Source: an uncultured Lentisphaerales bacterium (lineage in GTDB: Bacteria; Verrucomicrobiota; Lentisphaeria; JABSQK01; UBA12247). From it: a stretch of DNA of 64,000 nt. Positions 28,652 through 38,515 of this stretch are shown here, in pieces. Both the position numbers and the translations under genes were made by a program. The stretch covers positions 32,001 through 96,000 of the forward strand of contig CALSSJ010000021.1 in the NCBI GenBank assembly GCA_943788985.1, given 5' to 3'. Every line of letters starts with the position of its first letter. Position 1 is the stretch's first letter. Under the pieces are notes generated by a model. It was not told where the DNA came from. It saw nothing but the letters and a program-made list of their open reading frames with translations, and made no database searches.

Positions 28652-29566
28652 TTACAGCTGGGCGAGCGCGGCTTCCGCCAGCTCTTCGGCACGATACGAA
28701 CTGCGCACGAGAGGGGCGCTTGCAACACCAGCGAAGCCCATTGCCTTGGCCTGGTCTGCCCAGTCGTCGAACTGCTCCGGCGTGACGTAGCGCTCTAACG
28801 GCCAATGTTGCTTGCTGGGTGGCAGGTATTGACCGATGGTCAGAATGTCGACATTTGCGGAACGCAGGTCTCGCAGGCATTGCAGCACTTCGTCGTCTGT
28901 TTCCCCGAGTCCTACCATGATTCCCGACTTGGTCGCCATACCGGGGCCAGCCACGTCTTTCGCATGGGCGAGTACAGCAAGGCTGCGGTCATAGCGCCCG
29001 CCACTGCGGATCGGCTTGGTCAAGCGCTCACAGGTTTCGAGGTTATGGTTGAAAACCAGCGGACGCGCGGCGACGACTTGATCGATCAATGGCAGGCGCC
29101 CTTTGAAGTCCGGGGTAAGAATCTCAACTTTTGCATGCGGAATCCGGCTACGGATGGCCTCGATAGTGGCCACGAAATGGGCCGCGCCCTTGTCTGCAAG
29201 GTCATCACGATCTACACTGGTCAGAACGACGTAATTCAGGCCCATGGTGGCTGCGGACTCTGCAACCCGAATGGCTTCCTCAGGATCAACAGGCTCCGGC
29301 TTGAACGAGGCGATCGCGCAGAAGGTGCAGGCGCGCGTGCAACGATTGCCGAGAATCATGAACGTCGCGGAACGCTTATGCCAGCATTCAGCCAGATTGG
29401 GGCACTTTGCGCTCTGGCAAACGGTGTTCAAACTCATATCTCGGACCAGGTCGGAGACATCCTGCCGGGCGCCTCCGGTGTGGACCTTCACACGAATCCA
29501 AGGGGGAAGACGACCTTCTGCTGCTGCTTTAGCGGCAATCTCGTGGTTTATCTGCTCTGCGATCAA
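28652..29566 (-). CDS. lipA: lipoyl synthase
   Basis: CQSAKCPNLAEC, CTRACTFC and RSSY motifs. Confidence 0.97.
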   Translation of the reverse strand: MIAEQINHEIAAKAAAEGRLPPWIRVKVHTGGARQDVSDLVRDMSLNTVCQSAKCPNLAECWHKRSATFMILGNRCTRACTFCAIASFKPEPVDPEEAIRVAESAATMGLNYVVLTSVDRDDLADKGAAHFVATIEAIRSRIPHAKVEILTPDFKGRLPLIDQVVAARPLVFNHNLETCERLTKPIRSGGRYDRSLAVLAHAKDVAGPGMATKSGIMVGLGETDDEVLQCLRDLRSANVDILTIGQYLPPSKQHWPLERYVTPEQFDDWADQAKAMGFAGVASAPLVRSSYRAEELAEAALAQL

Positions 29567-29573
29567 GGGAAAT

Positions 29574-31067
29574 CTAAGCCTTCTCTGGGGTTGATTCTTC
29601 GTCGGCGGGGGGATCGGGAAGGGGAGCCACGACTATTCTGGCACCTTCGGTGTGCGTCACTTCGATCGCGGTATCTCTATCAATGAACTCGCCTTCACTG
29701 ACTACATCTACGCGTTTCCCGTCGATCAGCGCAATTCCTGACGGGCGCAATGGGCTCTGCGTGGTGCCGTGCTTGCCAACCAATGCCATCTGAGCAACCA
29801 CGTCCAAGCCGACATAGCCCTGACTAGGAAGCTGCTCAGCTTCCAGCACAAGTTTTTTGTAGAACCTCGACTTGGGCAGGACCTTGGAAAGAAAAATCCC
29901 CCCGATCACTGTCAGTACGAGCACGAGGGCGAGTTGCCGAATGGCTTCGCTGAAATAGTCACTTAGGCCCTGTAGCTCGACGTTCGGCAATGGGTCGATG
30001 CCGGTAGGCCAGTGCGGCATCATCGTCATCACTAGCCCTGCGAATAAGGTTCCCAGCCCAAGTACCCCACAGATGCCAAACCCGGGCAAGACGAAAACCT
30101 CCGCTGCTAGCAATGCCAGTCCAACGACGATCAAGACCATGTCCCACTTGCCAGCCAAGCCGGCGACGGAATGCCCGAATAGAAAGATAGCGAGTGCCAC
30201 GCCGGCGATGCCCGCTCCCATGCCAATCCCGGGTGATTGCATCTCCGCGTAGAGGCCGAGCAGGATGCACATCATCACAATAGAGGTAATGAATGGGCTG
30301 GTCAGAAATTGGGCGATGCGTTCAGACTTCGTCACCTCTACGCGCACCACGTTGGTCCCGCCAAGATCGATCAGCTCGAGCAGTTCCTCTATGTTGTTCA
30401 CGATGCCGCGGGCAAGTAAGGGCGTCTCCATGGGCGCATACACGCGGCATGCTTCCTCGGCGGTGAGCGTCAGCAGCTGGCCCTTCTTGCACAGGACTTC
30501 ATCGCCAATCACCAGCTCCACATCAGGGTCGACCATCGCGACCGCCATTTCCTCTGAGTAACCATTCTCCTGTGCCAATGCCCGCACCAAAGCACGTGTG
30601 GGCGAGAAAATTTTCTCGCGCAAGCCGCCCGTAACTTCCTTCGGGCCTTCGTTGGTCATCATAATTGGCATGGCGTCGCCAATGGTCGCGCCGGGTGACA
30701 TGAAGATGCCATCGCAGGACATTGCCGTAATCGCCCCCGCGCTGATCGCCGAAGGGTTCACAAATGTGTACACGGGAATCCCGCCCTTGCTGCGGCAACT
30801 GCGAATTAGCTGAATGATCTCTTCCGTCTCTTTCAATCCGCCGCCAGGCGTCTTCATATCGATCACGACGGCCTTCACCCCGGCTTCCTCCGCCTCCTTG
30901 AAGCCACGACGCAGCACGTGCAGCAGCGCGCGATCAATCACATCTTGCAAGGGAATGACAACCACATCTTGAGCGGTGGCTTTGGGTGCATCTTGCTGCG
31001 CGAACGCAGGCCATGTCATGAGGGTCACGAGGAGCACGGCAAGTCTGGAACGAACCAATGGAATCAC
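29574..31067 (-). CDS. NfeD family membrane protein (ClpP-like domain + TM + OB fold)
   Basis: TPGG, AISAGA, IGDAMP, LLTLTAEEA and LRPSGIALIDGKRVDVVSEGEFI motifs. Confidence 0.9.
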   Translation of the reverse strand: MIPLVRSRLAVLLVTLMTWPAFAQQDAPKATAQDVVVIPLQDVIDRALLHVLRRGFKEAEEAGVKAVVIDMKTPGGGLKETEEIIQLIRSCRSKGGIPVYTFVNPSAISAGAITAMSCDGIFMSPGATIGDAMPIMMTNEGPKEVTGGLREKIFSPTRALVRALAQENGYSEEMAVAMVDPDVELVIGDEVLCKKGQLLTLTAEEACRVYAPMETPLLARGIVNNIEELLELIDLGGTNVVRVEVTKSERIAQFLTSPFITSIVMMCILLGLYAEMQSPGIGMGAGIAGVALAIFLFGHSVAGLAGKWDMVLIVVGLALLAAEVFVLPGFGICGVLGLGTLFAGLVMTMMPHWPTGIDPLPNVELQGLSDYFSEAIRQLALVLVLTVIGGIFLSKVLPKSRFYKKLVLEAEQLPSQGYVGLDVVAQMALVGKHGTTQSPLRPSGIALIDGKRVDVVSEGEFIDRDTAIEVTHTEGARIVVAPLPDPPADEESTPEKA

Positions 31068-31269
31068 CAGTTTTTAAGGAGGGGGCGTAAGCTCGAAATG
31101 TAACCCGGCTCTGAGCCGTCGCCAGCCGAGCCTAGCGCGACATCGTCGGCTAACCTTGCAGGGTACCCACCGCGACGTTATTCTTTCCGACTATTGATCA
31201 CACTGATTTGCTCCGGATTATGGCAGGCCAAACCCGAGTACTAGCGATCCGGCAAGCGCGATTTTGCCA

Positions 31270-32076
31270 TTCTCGGCATTATTCTCGTAATTGCAGTCGC
31301 GTTCGGACCTGCCGAAGCCGTCACGGTACGCAGCAGCATAGTGCGCACTAGTCCGCGTTTCGTGGCAGATATGGCAGTCAACAGTACACTTGAAGCTGGG
31401 TACTACATCTGCATTGCGGTAGCTGACCCCAGTCATGGAATCGACGCCACCCAACGCAAGCAGCTATTCCCCCCTTGTTCACCACTCGCGATGACTCCCG
31501 CGGCCTTGGTCTCTCGGCCGTGCAGGGCATCCTCGAGGTGCAAGAAGCCGCCGCCCGCGTCGAGATTCAGCCCGGCAAAGGTGCCTGCTTCAAGATCTTT
31601 TCCGTCACAGCAAGCAGCAGGCACCTGCGGTGATTCCGCAGACCGCGACCTCAGATACGCCCTCGAACTGGACCGGACAAGGCACAATTCTAATTATCGA
31701 CGACGACATGGCCGTGCGCAAAGTCACTGGCCTGATGCTTAACCAGAAGGTCTTCAAGATTTTCAACGCCAACAACGGCTTTGCTGGCGTCGAAATTAAC
31801 CGCGACAATCGAGAAGAGATTTCCGGCGTGATTCTAGACCTAGTGATGCCGGAGATGAAGGGTGAACAAGCACTCGATGAAATGCGCAAGATTAACCCCG
31901 ATGTACGCGTGCTTCTATGCAGCGACTAAAACGAGCAGGAAGCGCCAGAATTGAGCCGCCTGCGGCAGGCGATCTCCTTTGTGCAGAAGCCCTTCGAGAT
32001 GGAGGAGTTCCTCAGCAATGTCTATGCCGTCATCCAGAGCCCATCGCACGCAGACGGCGCCCCCACTGGCCAATAA
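31270..32076 (+). pseudogene. decayed hybrid histidine kinase (HATPase + receiver) fragment
   Basis: AVADPSHGID..LF / PLFTTRDDSRGLGLSAVQGI..PGKGACFKI in shifting frames, then ILIIDDD..LDLVMPEMKG..LLCSD*NEQ..FVQKPF with in-frame TAA at 31927-31929; 5' boundary approximate. Confidence 0.8.
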
Positions 32077-32155
32077 TCCCCGAAACCTGAGGACCTGCTC
32101 TCGCTGACGCGTACTAGTACGGCTTCGCAGAACAGAGAACGATCGGAGCTGGAAA

Positions 32156-32980
32156 ATGAGACAGGGATTGGCGTGGCAAGAGGCTGGAGAGTACGAAGAT
32201 ATTCTCTACCACACAGGCGAAGGAATCGCCAAAATCACAATTAACCGCCCACACGTGCGCAATGCCTTTCGGCCGCACACTGTGTGTGAGATGTCAGAAG
32301 CGCTCCAGATCGCGCGGAACGACGCGGAAATCGGCGTGATCATCCTCACTGGCCAGGGCGAAAAAGCATTTTGCTCCGGCGGCGATCAGAAGATCCGAGG
32401 AGATGCTGGGTACAACGACGCAGGCGGCGTAGAGCGCTTGAACGTGCTGGATTTTCAGCGGGAGATTCGCACCTGCCCCAAGCCGATTGTTGCCATGGTC
32501 GCAGGGTTCGCTGTCGGCGGGGGGCACGTCCTGCACATGATGTGCGATCTCACAATCGCTGCTGACAACGCAATTTTTGGCCAGACCGGCCCCAAGGTCG
32601 GTTCGTTCGACGGCGGCTACGGCGCGTCATACATGGCCCGCATCGTCGGCCAGAAGAAGGCCAGAGAGATCTGGTTTTTGTGCCGGCAATACGACGCCCA
32701 GCAGGCATTGGACATGGGGTTAGTCAACATCGTAGTGCCATACGAAGACCTCGAAGTCGAGACCGTGCAATGGTGCCGAGAGATGCTCCAGCACTCCCCC
32801 ATCGCCCTGCGCTGTCTTAAGTCCGCGCTGAACGCCGACTGCGATGGCCAGGCGGGGCTACAAGAGCTCGCCGGAAACGCGACAATGCTTTTCTATATGA
32901 CAGAGGAAGGGCAAGAGGGCCGAAACTCATTTGTCGAGAAGCGGAAGCCAGACTTCAGCAAGTTCCCGAAACGCCCCTGA
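32156..32980 (+). CDS. menB: 1,4-dihydroxy-2-naphthoyl-CoA synthase
   Basis: [35 protein letters not shown] and [13 protein letters not shown] motifs. Confidence 0.97.
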   Translation: MRQGLAWQEAGEYEDILYHTGEGIAKITINRPHVRNAFRPHTVCEMSEALQIARNDAEIGVIILTGQGEKAFCSGGDQKIRGDAGYNDAGGVERLNVLDFQREIRTCPKPIVAMVAGFAVGGGHVLHMMCDLTIAADNAIFGQTGPKVGSFDGGYGASYMARIVGQKKAREIWFLCRQYDAQQALDMGLVNIVVPYEDLEVETVQWCREMLQHSPIALRCLKSALNADCDGQAGLQELAGNATMLFYMTEEGQEGRNSFVEKRKPDFSKFPKRP

Positions 32981-32999
32981 AAGGTGCCTGTTCGCAAGC

Positions 33000-33333
33000 G
33001 AGTCTTCAGCGCCTGGTCGGCCACCAAGCGCTTTAATCGCGCATTCTCTTCCTTCAGCTGCTTCAGCTCCCGCACGTCCGACAGTTCCATGCCGCGGTAT
33101 TGCTTGCGCCAGCGATAGAACGTCTGCTCGCCAATGTTGTAGGTGCTGCAGACCTGCACCACGGTTTTCTCGCTATCCACTTCCCGTAAGATCTTCACGA
33201 TCTGTTCCGGCGTGTGCCGCTTTCCCTTGCCTTCAGGCATTTTTTAGTCCTCCTTGAGCTCGGCAAGCCCCGCACCAAGGTAAGTGGCGCCGGACTCACA
33301 TTTCAAGTGGACCTGATTTCTGAGGTCAGGTCA
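33000..33333 (-). mobile_element. truncated IS3-family element (left end + OrfA only)
   Basis: Terminus TGACCTGACCTCAGAAATCAGGTCCAC at 33333; AAGGAGG RBS; OrfA from 33240 KRHTPEQIVKILRE..IGEQTFYRWRKQYRGM..LKEENARLKRLVADQAL; no OrfB. Confidence 0.87.
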
Positions 33334-33425
33334 TGCAAACGCCAACCCGTTAGTGAGGCCCGATGCCTTGGTGGCTCGCGCAGACACTCTGGCTACTGCC
33401 ACGTGGTAAGCGCACCTAAAACCGG

Positions 33426-33701
33426 TCAATTCGGATGGGCAGAACTGGGTGCATCTGCTCCACCCGCTTCGTTACACAGACCAAGCACTGCCCGACGCTA
33501 TAGAAACAGGACATCATTGATGTTCACCGCGCCTGTTTCATTCACATCGAGGCCTGCTACCCCATCGATGTTAGTGATGACTGCCTCAATGCCGATCCCC
33601 GGAGTTGGCATTCCTACCGGCAAGACACCCTCCGCCTCTGCACCAAGTCCAAGGACGGCTCATCGGTAGATGAAGATCATGTCATTCAAGGTCGTCGTGG
33701 C
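33426..33701 (-). pseudogene. dockerin/EF-hand-like duplicated module relic
   Basis: TTLNDMIFIYR*AVLGL...LDVNETGAVNINDVLFL*RRAVLGL with two in-frame stops (33662-33660, 33500-33498). Confidence 0.6.
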
Positions 33702-33875
33702 GTGATAGGTTTACAACGAACATTCCTATGCGGGTAAAAATTACAGCAGCGAATATGCCCCATACAGAAATTATTAATTGTTTCAATTAAATGATCCACC
33801 CTGCTCCCCATCTTTTGCCGAATAGGGCAGAATTTCATAGGACGGCCAGAAGAAAAGGAAGGGCAGTCAGAAGGC

Positions 33876-35846
33876 TCAGTCGAAGTCCCAGCTGGTAAAA
33901 TCCCGAGCCGGCCGCCGCTGGGTGTGCGTGCGGGCTGCGGGCAACCGGTGTCGCTTTAGACAGGTCGTGGGCACCGAATGCAGAAACCGGGACGCCTCGT
34001 TGGGCATCTGCTGTTCGTTAAACAAGGGCCAGGTCAGAATCAGCTGCTCCTTGGCCCGGGTGGTGGCGACATACAGCAGCCGCAGATCTTCGTCCAAATC
34101 CTCGCGGGACGTCTGATCACGCCGGATCATCGGCATCACGCCATCATTCACGCGCATGACGAACACGTGCTTCCACTCCAGCCCCTTCGCGGAGTGAATG
34201 GTCGAAATCACAATATCATCCGGGCTGCTGGTGCGCTTCAGCCCGCGCCCATCCGCCCGATCCGGCGGTTCTAGCGCCATGTCTGTGAGAAACTGCTGCA
34301 GATCATCCTGCTGCCCCATCAGCACGGACAACTCGCTGAGATCGCGCTCACGCTTGGGCCAGTCATCAAAGTGCTGCTTCAAGTAGGGCTGATAATGCTC
34401 CAGAATTAGCTGAAACAGCCCACCGACGTCGTTGCGCTCCTTATCCTGCATCAGGGTAAACAGTGCCGCAAGTTCACGCAGTGGCTCCGTCGTGCGCTTG
34501 GAACCGGCAGCGCGCAGAATGTCTAGGTCTAAGGCCCCGTCGAGCCGCCGCGAGATCTTGGTGGCCGCGGCCGGGCCTACCCCATCTAGCAGCAACAGGA
34601 CCCGATGCAGCGAGACCTCGTCGGTCGGGCTGGCAAACACGCGCAGAAAGGCAAGCGCATCTTTAATGTGAGCGCTTTCTGAGAACTTGAACCCGCCGAA
34701 CTTACTGAATGAGATTTTGTGGCGGCTGAGCTCCACCTCCAAGCCATAGGAATTGCGTCCGGAGCGCACCAGCACGGCAATTTCCCCGGGTTCCTCGCCA
34801 GCACGCAGCAGCTGTCGGATTTGGGCGCAGACGAAAAGGTTCTCGCCGCGCTGCTCCGGGGCGGTGATCAACTGCGGGATGATCCCCTCACTCTGGTCCG
34901 TGTGCAGGTCCTTGCGAAAACTCTTGCTCATCTGGTCCAACAGGCAGTTCGAGAGATCCAGAATCGGCTGCGTCGAGCGATAGTTGCGATCGAGCACGAT
35001 TCGTTTCACGCCTTCAAACATGTCCTCGTACTCGAACATGTTCTCGCTGCGCGCACCCCGAAACGCGTAAATACTCTGGGCATCGTCGCCCACCACCATC
35101 ACGTTTCCGGCCTTACCGGCAATCAGCTCCACAATCCGGCCTTGGAGCACATTCGTGTCCTGGTACTCATCGACCATGATATACGGAAAGCGGCGCTGCA
35201 CCAGCACGCGCGCATCCTCATCCAGCTCCAGACAGCGAATCAAAAGCACCAGCAGGTCATCAAAGTCAACCATGCAGTGCTGGCTTTTGTAGGTCGCGTA
35301 TTGCCGCCCTAGAGTCGACATCGCATCCATAGTCGCCAGCAGATGCGGGTACTCTTCGGCGACGATGTCCGGGATCGATTTCTGCTTATTGACTGCCTTG
35401 CTGAGAATACTGGCGATGGTGTTTCGCTTGGGGAAGCTCTTGGGCTCATCCAGCTCCAGCTCCCCCCGCAGCTTGGTAATAATCTGCAGAGAATCTGACT
35501 GATCCAGAATCGTGAAGTTCAGCGACAGATTGATCGAATCGCCAAATTTTCTCAGGCAATTCATGGCGAACGAGTGAAACGTGCCGCCCGACAGCGGCAC
35601 GTCGGACCGGCCGAGCATCTCCATGGCGCGATCGATCATCTCATTGGCGGCTCTTCTGGTAAAGGTGAGCAGCAGCACATTCTGCGGCGGCACCCCGCTT
35701 TGCACCAAATGTACGAGGCGATGAATCAGCGTACGCGTCTTCCCGGTCCCAGCTCCGGCAATCACCAGCGCCGGCCCGTCAATCACACGTACCGCTTCCG
35801 CCTGCTCGGTGTTCAGCCCGGCAAAAACATCAATTGGCTCCATCAT
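33876..35846 (-). CDS. ATP-dependent DNA helicase, UvrD/PcrA family
   Basis: AGAGTGKT, VDEYQD, VGDDAQSIYAFRGA, NYRS, TIHSAKGLEW and YVATTRAK motifs. Confidence 0.95.
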   Translation of the reverse strand: MMEPIDVFAGLNTEQAEAVRVIDGPALVIAGAGTGKTRTLIHRLVHLVQSGVPPQNVLLLTFTRRAANEMIDRAMEMLGRSDVPLSGGTFHSFAMNCLRKFGDSINLSLNFTILDQSDSLQIITKLRGELELDEPKSFPKRNTIASILSKAVNKQKSIPDIVAEEYPHLLATMDAMSTLGRQYATYKSQHCMVDFDDLLVLLIRCLELDEDARVLVQRRFPYIMVDEYQDTNVLQGRIVELIAGKAGNVMVVGDDAQSIYAFRGARSENMFEYEDMFEGVKRIVLDRNYRSTQPILDLSNCLLDQMSKSFRKDLHTDQSEGIIPQLITAPEQRGENLFVCAQIRQLLRAGEEPGEIAVLVRSGRNSYGLEVELSRHKISFSKFGGFKFSESAHIKDALAFLRVFASPTDEVSLHRVLLLLDGVGPAAATKISRRLDGALDLDILRAAGSKRTTEPLRELAALFTLMQDKERNDVGGLFQLILEHYQPYLKQHFDDWPKRERDLSELSVLMGQQDDLQQFLTDMALEPPDRADGRGLKRTSSPDDIVISTIHSAKGLEWKHVFVMRVNDGVMPMIRRDQTSREDLDEDLRLLYVATTRAKEQLILTWPLFNEQQMPNEASRFLHSVPTTCLKRHRLPAARTHTQRRPARDFTSWDFD

Positions 35847-37026
35847 TCCCCCGCTCCCAGTCCTTCCAGCCCTTCGTGCGATGCTCGGTGATGGCGCCGT
35901 CTTTGTCTGTGATCAGCAGCAGCGCCTCACCGCCCAGTTCCGACACGATCGGCAGCACGTCAGGCCCCAGCACTGCCCCGGCGGTGGTGAGGGCGTCCGC
36001 TAAACCGTTGCGACCAGTGAGCGGAAACAGCACGCTGACCGATAGCACGTGCGTATCTACGGGGCGCCCCGTGCGCGGATCGAAAATATGATAGTACGCC
36101 TGATCGCCAATCATCACCGGCTGCCGATAATTTCCACTGGTGGCTAGAGACATACCTTTGAGGCTGGCTTGCAGAGAGGTCCAGATCTTCGTCTCGTCGG
36201 TTGGATGTTGGATCCCCAAGCGATACGGCATGTTACGCTGAGACACTCCAAGGACTCCGGTCTCGCCCCCGACCTGGACAAAGGCGCCAGTGACGCCAGC
36301 CGATTCCAGCATCTTAATCACGTGATCTACGGCCATTCCCTTAATGATCCCACCAAAATCCAGAATCCGCTCCTCGCTCATCAGCACTTGCCGCGCCTCG
36401 TTCCTGCGCCACCTGTCGACCGAAGGAACAGCGTCAACCCAGGCGCTCGCATCGCGATACTCCTGGTCATTCTCGGGTCCCAGATCCGTCTCGCTCGCGG
36501 CACCGCTCACGTCAGCAATGTCCAACTCCTCGGAGCCGGGCATCAAGCCGATCAGCTCGATATCTGAGGGGTCGGCCACCAGGCTAATTTCCTGCATACC
36601 AGTCGCTGCGATGACGCGGGCAATGGCCTCATCCGATGGCGGCTTCCCTTCCTTCGCGGCTTGCTTCCAAACTTGGCGAATCGGCCCGACCGTCACGTCG
36701 AACGCCCCCTCCGTGATGCTGTTCACCATCGCGGACAGGTTGAGTGCGTCCCACATCGGCTCCGACACACGGTGATAGCGCTTGGGTGGTAGAGAGTTCA
36801 GCCGACTCACCTCCGTGCCCAGACGATAGTCGTTAAAGCGATCGTCTACAGACTTCAGGTACTTCCACACCTTGTGAGCCACGGCATCGTCTGCCGGGAA
36901 AAACTTCACTGTCACCGGGATTCCGTAATACATCGGCCGTGTGGCCTCGTACCACTGCGGCAGATCCGTCTGCGTCGGCCCGCAGCCCACCAGCAACAAG
37001 CAGAAAAGCGCCGTCAGCCGCCTCAT
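35830..37026 (-). CDS. apbE: FAD:protein FMN transferase lipoprotein
   Basis: Lipobox LLVGC; GAFDVTVGP, DFGGIIKG, ATSGNY, HIFDPRTG and ADALTTA motifs. Confidence 0.92.
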   Translation of the reverse strand: MRRLTALFCLLLVGCGPTQTDLPQWYEATRPMYYGIPVTVKFFPADDAVAHKVWKYLKSVDDRFNDYRLGTEVSRLNSLPPKRYHRVSEPMWDALNLSAMVNSITEGAFDVTVGPIRQVWKQAAKEGKPPSDEAIARVIAATGMQEISLVADPSDIELIGLMPGSEELDIADVSGAASETDLGPENDQEYRDASAWVDAVPSVDRWRRNEARQVLMSEERILDFGGIIKGMAVDHVIKMLESAGVTGAFVQVGGETGVLGVSQRNMPYRLGIQHPTDETKIWTSLQASLKGMSLATSGNYRQPVMIGDQAYYHIFDPRTGRPVDTHVLSVSVLFPLTGRNGLADALTTAGAVLGPDVLPIVSELGGEALLLITDKDGAITEHRTKGWKDWERGNDGAN

Positions 37027-37631
37027 GGCGTCCTCCGTAAGACAATCCGCTGCAGTGACTTTCCCTGCTCTTCCCACCGGCGCTGGAAGTCCGTTTTGAT
37101 GTCTGCGATGTCCGCAATCCCGTCTGGATCCAGCGTCAACTCGGGCAGGCCATCGACGGCTCCCCGAAACCTCTCGAAGTAGGGTGGATCATCGGTAGCT
37201 AGATGCAGTACGCCTCCCGGCCGCAGCTTGGTCGTAATTCGGCCAAGAAACTCGCTGGTGACCAGCCGATTTGCGCGATGTCGCGCTTTTGGCCAAGGGT
37301 CCGGGCAGAGCACGTGAATCCTGTCAAATAATGCGTCCGGCAGATGAAACGCGACAAACTCCCAAGCCTCCGCGCGCAACAGGGCAACGTTGGCCAGCTC
37401 GCGCGCCTCTACCTTTTTGAGCAGGCGTTTAAGTCGTCCAATCATGAGTTCTGCCCCCACCACGGTCCGCTCCGGATATCGCTCGGCCAATTCAAGGAGA
37501 AAGCCGCCCTTGCCGCAGCCCAGGTCTAACTCCACAGCAGCACCTGCCGTGGCCGTAGCGAGCGCGGGTACGTGCGCACAGGCTTCCTGCCAGCCCCTGA
37601 TTGCCCCGGTAAAAATATGAAACTGTGACAT
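37023..37631 (-). CDS. trmB: tRNA (guanine-N7) methyltransferase
   Basis: ELDLGCGKG, CPDPWPKARHRANRL and ATDDPPY motifs. Confidence 0.92.
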   Translation of the reverse strand: MSQFHIFTGAIRGWQEACAHVPALATATAGAAVELDLGCGKGGFLLELAERYPERTVVGAELMIGRLKRLLKKVEARELANVALLRAEAWEFVAFHLPDALFDRIHVLCPDPWPKARHRANRLVTSEFLGRITTKLRPGGVLHLATDDPPYFERFRGAVDGLPELTLDPDGIADIADIKTDFQRRWEEQGKSLQRIVLRRTP

Positions 37632-37693
37632 GACGCCTTCGCGCTCTACACCGCAAAAACAGCAACCTTACCGCCTTCGCCCGGATTGCACGG

Positions 37694-38406
37694 TCACAAT
37701 TGCTCACTTGCGGGTCGCGGTGTTACTGGCGGTTCCAAATCTCCGAGCGCGCGCTCGGGTGCGAGTTCCGCAAGTACCGCCTCCGCGAGGTTCAAACACT
37801 GCCGACAGCCATCGAGCACAAAGGCGTCGCTCGACACCACCACACAATCAAGCGCCGTCAGCTCTCGAGCCGGGGTATCAACCAGGTCACCCGTCCACCG
37901 CGTACCTTGCGCACGAATCAGCTCCGCTAGCCGGCCGATCCAGCAGCCAGTGCACGCTACTCGCCCCAAACGCATTCAAAACCTCCTTGATCAAGCCCAG
38001 TGCTGCTGCGATCTCCGCAACCGTACGATAGCTGCTATCCACGCTTGCAAGATCGCGAATGCAGCCGCCACAGCCACGCAGCAACAAATCGCCGCCTAGA
38101 ATGCTCTCGACGGAAATCAGCAGGTTAAACAATGCTGCTACTGGCGCAATCCTTCAGCGCCACCCGCTTCTCTCGACGCGCATCGCGTCCCGCTTCGCTA
38201 TAAACCGAGCGCAACAGCGCCTGGCGCTGCCGATTTCGCAGCCGATACCGATCTGCGATCAAGCTAAGCGTCGCGGTAGCCGGATAGCCCCGGCTCAAGA
38301 GCCACGCGTATTCATCAGCTGCCACGCGCAGAGTTTCATGCGCATGCGGACCAAACAGTGCCTCGTCATCAGGGGCTGCACCACGGTGTTTCTTACGCTC
38401 TGACAT
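37694..38406 (-). pseudogene. DUF434-domain protein, fragmented
   Basis: HRGAAPDD..WLLSRGY..DRYRL / FNLLISVES..GCIRDLAS / WLLDRP..GRLAELIR..SSDAFVLD in three frames, with apparent small deletions. Confidence 0.72.
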
Positions 38407-38515
38407 GCCAAATACTACCTTACGCGCCCCATCGGATCACATTATCAACGGGATTGTCCTGCTGCTCCGCCTCAGGATCACTTGCGAAGTTCGCAAACAC
38501 AGCAATCGTAGCAGA

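Noticed and set aside
32893..33240. 115-aa full-length transposase ORF overlapping menB
   Set aside because: Similarity to IS3 OrfA ends near 33000; the remainder is read-through into the menB antisense strand.
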